From the NCBI GenBank assembly GCA_045863335.1, contig BTVY01000019.1, forward strand, positions 1 through 64,000: DNA of 64,000 bases, written 5' to 3'. The notes under the pieces are model-generated. The model did not search any database. It saw only the letters and a program-made list of their open reading frames with translations, and was not told the origin of the DNA. Below are positions 46,803 through 55,581 of the stretch, one piece after another. The translations under genes were made by a program, and so were the position numbers. Numbering within the stretch: position 1 is the stretch's first letter; every line of letters starts with the position of its first letter. Source of the DNA: Candidatus Hydrogenedentota bacterium. Its GTDB lineage: Bacteria > Hydrogenedentota > Hydrogenedentia > Hydrogenedentales > SLHB01.

Positions 46803-47441
46803 GTGAAAGCACTCCCAACAGCAGGTCGTTGTGCTAGCGCCTTCGCGATCTGGCTCGCCATCGCCTTTAGTCTTGGCTGGTACTACACGTTTACTTACTA
46901 TGGCCGATCCGGTTGGCCCATGCCGATGCCGGAACCCTGCGCCGCGCTCGTCCTGTATTACTTTTCCGTTCTCAATGTCGACACCGAACTACAAGCGATT
47001 CACTGGCTGGGCGTATTTCCGCTCGCCGGTTTCTTGTGGTCTGTCGCGTTGGTCGGCACTGCTCGGCGCGTGCTCCCTGGCGCACTTCCAGACTGGTCAC
47101 AGGTCATGTACCGGTTGTCTTTGCCGGCAGTCTTTTTGGCTCTTCCCGGTCCCTGGATGGCGTGGATTGCGGGAACCCGGAATGGCGAATTCACCTGGGA
47201 TCGGATGATCGCGGTAGCGTTGCGGCGCGGCTTCGTCGATCCCTGGCCGTGGTTGACGCCCATGTACGTTGGGTTGGGCCTGTTTGCGTTCGCGGTTCAA
47301 ATCGCAATCTATTGCAGGCTCTTCCGCGGGACCGCGCGACAGCTTTGGGTTATTTATCCGTTGGCCATGATCGTGCTGGTTCTTGTTTCGAGCGTCTTGG
47401 CGGCGATGGCGGCGATTCCGTTGCGCTGGTTACTCGAGTAA
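46803..47441 (+). CDS. Hypothetical multi-TM membrane protein
   Basis: About 5 hydrophobic helices. Start uncertain. Confidence 0.65.
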   Translation: MKALPTAGRCASAFAIWLAIAFSLGWYYTFTYYGRSGWPMPMPEPCAALVLYYFSVLNVDTELQAIHWLGVFPLAGFLWSVALVGTARRVLPGALPDWSQVMYRLSLPAVFLALPGPWMAWIAGTRNGEFTWDRMIAVALRRGFVDPWPWLTPMYVGLGLFAFAVQIAIYCRLFRGTARQLWVIYPLAMIVLVLVSSVLAAMAAIPLRWLLE

Positions 47442-47466
47442 GACCAGAGGAAAAGAACTCAATACG

Positions 47467-47859
47467 ATGCTCGTGGCGCTCGACTACTTTTTCCTGGTTC
47501 TGCACACCGGACTGATCTTCTTCAATCTGTTCGGGTGGGTGTGGCGCCGTGCGCGCCCGTTCCATCTGGCTTGCGCGACGCTGACGCTGGGTTCCTGGAT
47601 CGTGCTGGGGTTTTGGTACGGGTTCGGATATTGTCCGCTCACGGAATGGCATTGGTGCGTGCGCGAAGGCTTGGGGGATTCGGAACTGCCCTACTCGTAT
47701 CTCAAATTCCTCTTCGACAGATTAACAGGGCTGGACGTAAACGCCCGCCTTGTAGATGCCGCGGCGGTGGCGTCTATGGCGGTCGTCTTTCCGCTGTCGA
47801 TCGCACTCAACATTCGCGACTTCCGCCGTCGTAGAGCCTCAAGATACAACCCCGTATAG
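47467..47859 (+). CDS. DUF2784-family membrane protein
   Basis: LH...FNLFGW, GYCPLTEWH signature. Confidence 0.8.
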   Translation: MLVALDYFFLVLHTGLIFFNLFGWVWRRARPFHLACATLTLGSWIVLGFWYGFGYCPLTEWHWCVREGLGDSELPYSYLKFLFDRLTGLDVNARLVDAAAVASMAVVFPLSIALNIRDFRRRRASRYNPV

Positions 47860-47944
47860 TTCGTCGCGCGGCTCGGGTTTTCTCGCGGCCTTCTCGTCCG
47901 GTACACTATGCGGAACTGTCTTGGAAAGGAGTCTCCGCAATTCT

Positions 47945-48541
47945 ATGAACGCACTCACACGGGCGTATCGCAATTGGGTCCATGCACGGAAGTTCGCGAA
48001 ACTGGGTAAAGGATGCCGGTTCCTCGGTCGCGACCTGGAACTGGCGGGTCACGTGGAACTGGGGGATTTCTGCCGGGTTCGCGAGGCCGTGAAGCTGCGC
48101 GCGAGTGAGAACGCGAAGATAATCATCGGCAGCCGTTGCCTGTTAAGTTGGAACGTGATCATCGAAGCCGGCGAGTTGGTGGAGATTCACGATCAGGTTG
48201 GGCTCGCGGAATACTCGATCATTCGCGATGGCACCCACCTCATTTACGGCACCGAGGCGAATTGGCGATACACGCCCAATTACTACACGCCCGTGATCAT
48301 CGAGGAGAGCGCCTGGATCGGCAGCGGCGCCTATATCTCGAAGGGGGTCCGTATCGGAAAGGGCGCCGTCATCGGCGTCGGCAGCGTGGTCACGCGGGAT
48401 GTCCCGCCGTTCGAAGTGTGGGTGGGCGCGCCGGCGCGCTTTCTTCGCCACCGGATAGATGATTTGCCCGCGGAGTTGGACGACCTGGCCAAGCGCCTCT
48501 TGCAGGAGCAGGGGATAAAGCAGGATCGCCGGGAGTTCTAG
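47945..48541 (+). CDS. Hexapeptide-repeat acyltransferase
   Basis: AAGGAG ribosome-binding site. AWIGSGAYISKGVRIGKGAVIGVGSVVTRDVPP..VWVGAPAR. Confidence 0.9.
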   Translation: MNALTRAYRNWVHARKFAKLGKGCRFLGRDLELAGHVELGDFCRVREAVKLRASENAKIIIGSRCLLSWNVIIEAGELVEIHDQVGLAEYSIIRDGTHLIYGTEANWRYTPNYYTPVIIEESAWIGSGAYISKGVRIGKGAVIGVGSVVTRDVPPFEVWVGAPARFLRHRIDDLPAELDDLAKRLLQEQGIKQDRREF

Positions 48542-48543
48542 GG

Positions 48544-49269
48544 ATGGTTCTGCTCCAGGCAATTACGTTCGACTTTTGGCGCACGCTTTTCCACGATCCC
48601 GAGCCGCCGGTTCGCCGCAGGGAGATCCGCGCAGAGGCCCTGGCGCACGCGACAGGCGTGTCGATGGAACGGGCCGTCGAGGCGCTCCTGCACGCGGAGC
48701 GCGAGTTTCTGGAGCATCATATTCGCGAACAGCGTACGCTCGGTCCGCATGATGCGCTCGAAATGGTGTCCGCGTATCTTCACGTGTCCATTGCCGCGCA
48801 CCAGGAGCGTGAACTCATTCGTGTGTTCGGCGAGGCGATCCTCGAGGATTCGCCCATTCCCATCCCGGGCGCGTTGGAGGCCGTCGAAGCGGCGGCGGCG
48901 CGCTACCCAGTGGGCGTCGTATCCGATTCGGGGATAAGTCCGGGCAGTTCCTTGCGCCAACTGTTGCACCGGCATGGATTCACGAAGCACTTTCGTGTGC
49001 TGGCGTTTTCGGATGAAGTGGGTGTTGCGAAACCGCAGGCGCTCATGTTTCAAACGGCGGCGGAAGGGCTCGAGGTCGAGCCGCAGGGTCTGCTGCACAT
49101 CGGCGATCTGGAAATGACGGATATCGCCGGCGCAAAGCGAATCGGCGCGCGCGCGGCGTTGTTCGCGGGGGACAATCGCCGCTATCTCGGCAACACGACG
49201 GCGGACTACACCTTTACGGAGTGGCGCGAATTCGTGGAGTTGCTCCCACGCCTTTCGATGACGAACTAA
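48544..49269 (+). CDS. HAD-superfamily hydrolase
   Basis: TFDFWRTL, VVSD, KP, HIGDLEMTDIAGA. Confidence 0.9.
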   Translation: MVLLQAITFDFWRTLFHDPEPPVRRREIRAEALAHATGVSMERAVEALLHAEREFLEHHIREQRTLGPHDALEMVSAYLHVSIAAHQERELIRVFGEAILEDSPIPIPGALEAVEAAAARYPVGVVSDSGISPGSSLRQLLHRHGFTKHFRVLAFSDEVGVAKPQALMFQTAAEGLEVEPQGLLHIGDLEMTDIAGAKRIGARAALFAGDNRRYLGNTTADYTFTEWREFVELLPRLSMTN

Positions 49270-49973
49270 ACGTATTCGTCGGAAAGGAGCCAGGGAGCTT
49301 CCAGGTTGGCTTCGTCAAGTTTTTCGGCAAGGTCGGTCATGGAGTACGGAACGTGGTTGAACTGGACCGACCACGGACTGCCTTCGGTGCTGATAGTCGC
49401 GTAGCATGCCGTAGGCTTTTCCCCATCCCACAGGCCGGCGCAACCGGGATTGACAAACAACGTGTCATCCACTAAACGCCAGAAGGGTTGACGTCCTCCA
49501 CCAAGGATCACGATGTGGACGTTGGCGTACTCGCGCTGCCGCCGGAACCGGTGTTCGTCGTCTTCGGCGCGCAAGCGCTCGGACTGGGTCGCGGGCGTCC
49601 CGTGACAGAGGCAGACGGACAGGCCTTCCACCGTGAACACTTTCTTCTTGGGCAAGGTGCCCAAGTACTCCAGGTTTCGGCTGAACGTCGCTTGATGTGT
49701 CCACTCGGTCGCTTCGAATACGGCGGGGTCGACGCGCGATTTTAAACTCTCGCCTTTACGCCGGGAGCGCACCGCCAAGCGGTCGAGTTCTCCCTGGACC
49801 GTCTGCACGCGTTTCGACTGGATCCGCTGCACGACTTCGTTGGCCCAGGGATACCCCACAACGAGATTGCCGGCAATTGCGATCGTCTGAATACCGGCGT
49901 CCTCGATCTCCTTGAGAACGGCGTTTAAGGCAGGAAGGTTGCCCGAAATGCCCCCGAATGCGGCCATCAACAC
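49266..49973 (-). CDS. YfcE-like metallophosphoesterase homolog with degenerate metal ligands
   Basis: Scaffold motifs GNLPALNAVL, CHGTP, FVNPGCAG are present; canonical D/H ligands are replaced. Confidence 0.8.
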   Translation of the reverse strand: MLMAAFGGISGNLPALNAVLKEIEDAGIQTIAIAGNLVVGYPWANEVVQRIQSKRVQTVQGELDRLAVRSRRKGESLKSRVDPAVFEATEWTHQATFSRNLEYLGTLPKKKVFTVEGLSVCLCHGTPATQSERLRAEDDEHRFRRQREYANVHIVILGGGRQPFWRLVDDTLFVNPGCAGLWDGEKPTACYATISTEGSPWSVQFNHVPYSMTDLAEKLDEANLEAPWLLSDEYV

Positions 49974-50202
49974 CGCGAGATCCTCTCCACATCACTTCGC
50001 CGAAGGACCCCATGTCCCCGGTCGTGCTTGCCAATTGGTCACTATACAGGCGCGCCGGAGAGGGGTCAACGGTATCGATAAATCATTTTATTGCAATTGT
50101 TTGCGCGAGTGTGCGGATCGGTGTGTGTTCTCCTGCCACATCTTGGCCTTTAAAATCAAGGGTTTCGTGTACCCAATTTCATTTTAGGCCCAAAAATAGG
50201 GC

Positions 50203-50231
50203 TTGACAAAAGCCTCGTTAGTTTGTAAACA
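50203..50231 (+). promoter_or_regulatory. Sigma-70 promoter upstream of HU
   Basis: TTGACA-17 nt-TAAACA, with AT-rich sequence upstream. Confidence 0.55.
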
Positions 50232-50369
50232 GACGCCGAGTCGGGTGGGGTCCCAGCCACCAGGGAAACGCGGAACCTCGAGTGCGGGACGCGCCTCTTG
50301 CGCGGATCGGTGTGGCGACGGTTCTAGTGAGGCGAAATTACTGGGATAGACTATGCGAGGAGGCTAACC

Positions 50370-50663
50370 ATGGCAGCAAAGAAACCGATGACGAAAGCGC
50401 AGATCGTAGGATCGCTGGCCGACAAGACCGGCCTGAGCAAGAAGGACGTGGGGAACGTGCTCGCCGAGCTGACCAATCTTGCCTACAAAGAGGCAAAGAC
50501 CGGTTTCACGATTCCGGGTCTTGGCAAGCTGGTCGTCGTGAATCGCAAGGCGCGCATGGGCCGCAATCCGGCCACCGGCGAATCCATCAAGATTCCGGCC
50601 AAGCGCGTGTTGAAGTTCCGCATCGCGAAAGCCGCGAAGGATGCGATCGCGCCCGCGAAGTAA
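50370..50663 (+). CDS. hup: HU-family DNA-binding protein
   Basis: MTKAQIV..LA, IPGLGK, RKARMGRNPATGESIKIPAK..KF. GAGGAGG ribosome-binding site. Confidence 0.96.
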   Translation: MAAKKPMTKAQIVGSLADKTGLSKKDVGNVLAELTNLAYKEAKTGFTIPGLGKLVVVNRKARMGRNPATGESIKIPAKRVLKFRIAKAAKDAIAPAK

Positions 50664-50688
50664 TTTCGCGCACGCTGCTCCAATTGGT

Positions 50689-50720
50689 GGCCCGGGTTTT
50701 TATCCGGGCCTTTTTTCTTT
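50689..50720 (+). terminator. Rho-independent terminator of HU
   Basis: GGCCCGGG..TCCGGGCC followed by TTTTTTCTTT. Confidence 0.85.
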
Positions 50721-50806
50721 GCTCCGCGCGTGACCGGCATGCGGTGCTGCGCTATACTCCGGTCTCGCGCTGCGGCGGCGTGTTCGGTGCTCAACTTCAA
50801 AAGGGG

Positions 50807-52828
50807 ATGCCTGTGCCACGTGGAGTGCATATCCTGCTTGCGGCTGCGATCATCGCTGGGCTGGCAATGTTGCTCACTGCGCGATCGCTGCAAAGCGGGT
50901 TCGCCACGGACGATCATTTTGCGCGCGCGACATTCAATGGGTTCCCAGGCATCCCTGAGTACGAGAACGACGCCTTCAACGCATTCCTTTTTTCCCGCGG
51001 CGACCCGGAGCAGAATCGGGCATTGATGAATCGGGGCGTCTTCCCCTGGTGGACCGTGCCGGCGGCGCGGCTGGCCTTCTGGCGGCCTATGGCGACGTGG
51101 TCGCATTATTTCGATTACCGCGTGTGGGGTGACAATCCCTGGCCCATGCATCTGGAGAACATGCTGCTGTACGGGCTGGTCTGCCTTTTCGCGGCATTGC
51201 TGTACTGGCGGCTCATGGAGCCTCCCTGGGTGGCATTCTTCGCCGCGCTCCTGTTCACCATCGATGAAAACAATGGCCACGCCGTGGGTTGGCTGGCCAA
51301 CCGGAACATGCTGATGGCGGCCGCCTGCGTGATCCTGATCCTGCTCATTCATGACGGCTGGCGCCGGTCGGGCATGAAATCGTGCGCGGTGCTGGGTCCG
51401 CTCGTACTGGCTTTCGGTTTCCTGTGCGCGGAAGCCGTGATCGCAGTGGGCGGTTACCTGCTCGCCTACGCCTTGTTTCTCGACAAGGGCAAGTGGCCAC
51501 ACCGATTGATAACGCTCCTGCCGTATGGCGTCGTCGTTATCATATGGAATGTCTTTTACCGGAGTTCGGGGTTTGGCTCCGCCGGTTCCGGATGGTATAC
51601 GGACCCCGCCAGCAATCCGGTCGGGTTTTTAGGAGCGCTTTCGCAACACCTGCCGATCCTGCTGGCCGATCTTTTTCTCATGTGGCCGTCGCCGCTTCTG
51701 AACCAATTCAACGCCGCGCAGTTCCCCTATATCGTCGCGTTGCTGGGTTTGGTCGTCGTCGGAATTCTGTTGCTGCTAGTGCCCATGCTCAAGCGCGATC
51801 CCGTTTCGCGATTCTGGCTGCTCGGGCTTGTGCTGGCGCTCGTACCGGTCTGCGCGGTGACGCCGCAACCGCGCGTCGTTCTGATCGCGGGCATCGGTTG
51901 TGCGCCGTTGATAGCGCGCTTCCTTACGGCCTGGGCGACGCCGCGCCAATGGCTCGGGTTTGCAGGCGTCCTCGCCGTTCTTGGTCTCATCGCCGTCACA
52001 GTCGGCATCCCAACCCTGTCCTTTTACACGCAAGCGGCGCTGATCGCGACGACTCTACTTGTCATCGCCGTGCTGCTGCGGTTCGCGACGGCGCGGGCGG
52101 AGTGGATGCCCCACTCCAAGGCGTGGCGCATTCCCGCGGCGGTGCTTGCGTTCTTGTGGGTTATCTTTCACGGGATCGCGGCGCCCATCGCCATGCCGGG
52201 ATCGAGCATGCTGCTGGGCGTCTCGGCGAAAAAGATGGAACGCGCCTACGCGGCCATTCCGTCCGCTCCAGAAGTGGCGGACCGCACGGTCGTGTTGCTG
52301 CGTGCGCCGACGGATTTCATGCCGTGGCATTTCGCGTTGATCCGCGCATCGCTGAATATCCCCTACCCGGGGCGCATGCGCGTGCTGTCGTCGGGCAATC
52401 GCAGCGTAAGGGTCGAACGCGTGGACGAACGCACGCTGCGCCTGAGCGCCGACCCCAACCTGATTGGGAACGCGTCCACGAGCGTGTTTCGCGCGCCGAC
52501 GGTCCCGATGCACCCGGGAGACATCGTGGAACTCGATGGGATGACCGTGACGGTGCTTGCTGTGGACGGCAAGGGGATGCCCGCCGCCGCGGAATACCGC
52601 TTCGACCTGCCCTTGGATCACACAAGTGTGGACGTGATCACCGTCGCGGACGTCCCGTACAAGCTGGTGAATATCAACCGGTACATTCAAACGGAGACGT
52701 ACGTGCCGATTTCTTTGCCGGCGGAGGGAAGCTCTGCCCAACTGGAAGAATTGGTAGAACAGAGCGCCGTGTATCAGGAACTCAATACGCGCGACGCCGC
52801 GGACGATACACGCGCATCAGAATCCTGA
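50807..52828 (+). CDS. Multi-TM GT-C/TMTC-like glycosyltransferase (no TPR)
   Basis: ATDDH acidic motif after TM1, FWRP, HLENMLL, AVGWLANR, many TM helices, and a soluble C-terminal domain. Confidence 0.7.
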   Translation: MPVPRGVHILLAAAIIAGLAMLLTARSLQSGFATDDHFARATFNGFPGIPEYENDAFNAFLFSRGDPEQNRALMNRGVFPWWTVPAARLAFWRPMATWSHYFDYRVWGDNPWPMHLENMLLYGLVCLFAALLYWRLMEPPWVAFFAALLFTIDENNGHAVGWLANRNMLMAAACVILILLIHDGWRRSGMKSCAVLGPLVLAFGFLCAEAVIAVGGYLLAYALFLDKGKWPHRLITLLPYGVVVIIWNVFYRSSGFGSAGSGWYTDPASNPVGFLGALSQHLPILLADLFLMWPSPLLNQFNAAQFPYIVALLGLVVVGILLLLVPMLKRDPVSRFWLLGLVLALVPVCAVTPQPRVVLIAGIGCAPLIARFLTAWATPRQWLGFAGVLAVLGLIAVTVGIPTLSFYTQAALIATTLLVIAVLLRFATARAEWMPHSKAWRIPAAVLAFLWVIFHGIAAPIAMPGSSMLLGVSAKKMERAYAAIPSAPEVADRTVVLLRAPTDFMPWHFALIRASLNIPYPGRMRVLSSGNRSVRVERVDERTLRLSADPNLIGNASTSVFRAPTVPMHPGDIVELDGMTVTVLAVDGKGMPAAAEYRFDLPLDHTSVDVITVADVPYKLVNINRYIQTETYVPISLPAEGSSAQLEELVEQSAVYQELNTRDAADDTRASES

Positions 52829-52834
52829 GGGATC

Positions 52835-54544
52835 ATGTCCGGTCTTGACCCGAGACAGCGCTCCGGCCTTTTGGCCTTGGCGTTGGCGTGCTGTGCGGTC
52901 GCGTTGTACGCGCGCACGATGGCTTTCCCCTTCGTCTATTTCGACGACGACATGTACGTATTCCAGAATTCCATCGTGTCTTCCGGCCTTACGGGCGCAG
53001 GGGTGGTTTGGGCGTTTACAACCGGCCACCTCGCGAACTGGCATCCGCTCACCTGGGTATCCCACATGATCGACGCGCAGTGCTTCGGCATGTGGGCGGG
53101 CGGGCATCATGCGGTAAACGTACTGATTCACGGCGCCAACACGGCCATGCTCTTCCTGGCGCTGCGCGCGTTGACGGGCGCGACGCTTCGAAGCGCGTTC
53201 GTGGCGCTACTGTTTGCCGTGCACCCGGTCAACGTGGAATCGGTCGCGTGGATTTCCGAGCGGAAGAACGTGCTCAGCACGTTCTTCCTTCTGGCGACAC
53301 TGATGGCCTACGTCCGCCACGTCGAACTGCCTGGCTTTCGCCGGTACTTGGTGGTCTCCGTCATTTTCCTGCTCGGCCTGATGACGAAACCCATGCTGGT
53401 AACCCTGCCCTTCGTCCTGTTGCTTCTCGATTACTGGCCGTTGAACCGGTATGCGGGCCGCACGCCCATGCAGGCATTGCGACGCTTCGGACGCCTGGCA
53501 TACGAGAAGATCCCATTGTTTGCGGTCTCGGTTGTCTCATCGATGGTCACCTACGCCGCGCAGCATCGTGGCGAAGCGATGTCGGCGATGGCCGAGTTGC
53601 CTTTCGACGCGCGGCTTGCGAATGCCGTTCTCGCGTATGGGGCGTATTTGAAGCATCTCCTGTGGCCCGCAGGACTCGCGGCCATCTATCCCCATTCGGG
53701 AGAATCCTATTCGCTCGTCACGGTTTTCGTGGCGCTTGGAATACTTGCAGCCATATCCTTCGCGGCGGTTGCCCTGATTCGTCGCGCGCCGTATCTCTTT
53801 GTGGGATGGTTCTGGTTTGCCGGTACCCTCGTGCCCGTGATCGGCCTCGTCCAGATCGGCTATCAATCCATGGCTGACCGCTATCTCTATGTTCCCGCTA
53901 TCGGCGTGTTCACCGCCGTCGTGTGGGGGATTGCGGACTTTTGTGAAGACCGTCCGTTGCGGCGACGCATCGCTTTGTGGACGGGCGCGGCCTGCGTCGC
54001 ACTGCTCGCCGCTGTCTGCTGGCGGCAGATGACCTATTGGCGGGGGACGGTACCCTTGTTCGAGCGCGCGATCGCGGTCACCGAAACGAACGCGGAAGCG
54101 CACAATCACCTCGCGTACTACTACCTGACCCAGAACGAACCGGAAAAGGCGATCCCGCACTGCGAAGCGGCGCAGGAGGACCGTCCTGGCCTGGCGGCCA
54201 CGTATACGAACTGGGGCGCGGCACTGCGGATGATGGGAGACGCGCAGGGCGCCATTGCGAAATACGAGGAGGCCTTGCGGCTCAAGGCCGGCGACTCGGT
54301 GATCCATACGAACCTCGGCATCGCGCTGCTCCAGTCGGGCCGAAACGACGATTCGCGCAAGCACCTGGAAGAAGCGGTCCGAATTGATCCCCGGTCGGCC
54401 TCCGCGCATGCCTACCTGGGCGCCGCGCTTGCCGCGATGGGGATGCCGGAGGATGCCAAAGCCCACTTCGAAAGAGCCCTGGAAATCGATCCCGAATACG
54501 AACTGGCCCGTTCCGCGCTGGACGCTTTGTCGACGATCCCCTAG
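52835..54544 (+). CDS. TMTC-like O-glycosyltransferase with TPR repeats
   Basis: FVYFDDDMYV, NWHPLTW, HPVNVESVAWISERK, ADRYLY, and C-terminal TPRs. Confidence 0.85.
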   Translation: MSGLDPRQRSGLLALALACCAVALYARTMAFPFVYFDDDMYVFQNSIVSSGLTGAGVVWAFTTGHLANWHPLTWVSHMIDAQCFGMWAGGHHAVNVLIHGANTAMLFLALRALTGATLRSAFVALLFAVHPVNVESVAWISERKNVLSTFFLLATLMAYVRHVELPGFRRYLVVSVIFLLGLMTKPMLVTLPFVLLLLDYWPLNRYAGRTPMQALRRFGRLAYEKIPLFAVSVVSSMVTYAAQHRGEAMSAMAELPFDARLANAVLAYGAYLKHLLWPAGLAAIYPHSGESYSLVTVFVALGILAAISFAAVALIRRAPYLFVGWFWFAGTLVPVIGLVQIGYQSMADRYLYVPAIGVFTAVVWGIADFCEDRPLRRRIALWTGAACVALLAAVCWRQMTYWRGTVPLFERAIAVTETNAEAHNHLAYYYLTQNEPEKAIPHCEAAQEDRPGLAATYTNWGAALRMMGDAQGAIAKYEEALRLKAGDSVIHTNLGIALLQSGRNDDSRKHLEEAVRIDPRSASAHAYLGAALAAMGMPEDAKAHFERALEIDPEYELARSALDALSTIP

Positions 54545-54600
54545 AATAGTTCCCGAGCAATGTGCCGTTGCCGTCCGATTCTCGAGAGGGAGGTCACGCC

Positions 54601-55563
54601 ATGGGAACAGGGGGATTCCAGGATGCAGGCGGGCGCATGCGCGTCATGGACGCCGTGCAGGCATCCATCGACCGCACGCGCACGATGTTGTTCGAGCCAT
54701 TCGATTTCGAGCGTTGGCTCACGTTCGGGGTAATCGCGTTTCTCGATATCTTTCTGGCCGGCGGTGGCCTGTCCCGATCCGGCGCGCGGTTCTCGGGTCA
54801 AGGGCAAGGGGGCTCGCAGTCTTCGCCAAATCTGGACGGCGTGGCGGAGTGGTTGGGTGAGAATGCCGTTTTGATTGTGATGATCGCCGTCCCTCTTATC
54901 CTGATCGCGTTGGCGATTCATGTGGGACTCATGTACGTGGGGTGTCGCGGCCAGGTCATGTTTGTACGCTCCGTATCCATGAACGGCGGCAAGCTGGGCG
55001 AGCACTGGAGCGCCGTAAAGCAGCCCGCGTGGTCACTGTTCCTCTTCCGGCTCGGGCTGCTCGCCGTTTGGCTGGTATTCGTGCTTGTCCTGATTCTGTT
55101 CTTTCTCGTTGCGGTCGGGTTGCAGGGTGGATTCCGATCCGGTGAGGCGCTGCTGTATACCCTGATTCCCTTTGGCCTCGTAGTAGTGGCGGGATGGGTA
55201 GTTCTGGCGTTGATTCAGGTCATGTTGCGGGCCTTCGTCGTGCCCCTCATGTGGGCGCGCGATCTGTCGTGCACGGAAGCCTGGCAGGTGTTCGTTCCCC
55301 TTGCGAAGGCAAACGCGGGCTCCCTCGCCGGATTCGTCCTGATCAAGATCGCATATAGCATCGGATTCAGTATCGCGACGCTGTTCGTGGGTTGTCTGAC
55401 CTGTTGCATCGGCTTGCTGCCCGTCGTTCATCACACGTTGTTCGCGCCGTTCTATGTGTTTGACCGGGCTTTTCCGATGGAAATGCTGGCCATGTCGGGG
55501 GAGGACGAGGGCACGTTGTTTGCCCCCGTGCCATATGAGGCGCCGCCGCCCCTGGTCCGCTGA
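54601..55563 (+). CDS. Hypothetical membrane protein
   Basis: GGAGG ribosome-binding site, multiple TM helices, CLTCCIG motif. Confidence 0.75.
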   Translation: MGTGGFQDAGGRMRVMDAVQASIDRTRTMLFEPFDFERWLTFGVIAFLDIFLAGGGLSRSGARFSGQGQGGSQSSPNLDGVAEWLGENAVLIVMIAVPLILIALAIHVGLMYVGCRGQVMFVRSVSMNGGKLGEHWSAVKQPAWSLFLFRLGLLAVWLVFVLVLILFFLVAVGLQGGFRSGEALLYTLIPFGLVVVAGWVVLALIQVMLRAFVVPLMWARDLSCTEAWQVFVPLAKANAGSLAGFVLIKIAYSIGFSIATLFVGCLTCCIGLLPVVHHTLFAPFYVFDRAFPMEMLAMSGEDEGTLFAPVPYEAPPPLVR

Positions 55564-55581
55564 CGCGAAGGCCGCGGGCGA

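Noticed and set aside
50282-50806. Apparent 848-aa ORF spanning HU and the GT-C gene
   Set aside because: The first 175 codons overlap HU in another frame and cross its terminator. The real start is probably 50807.
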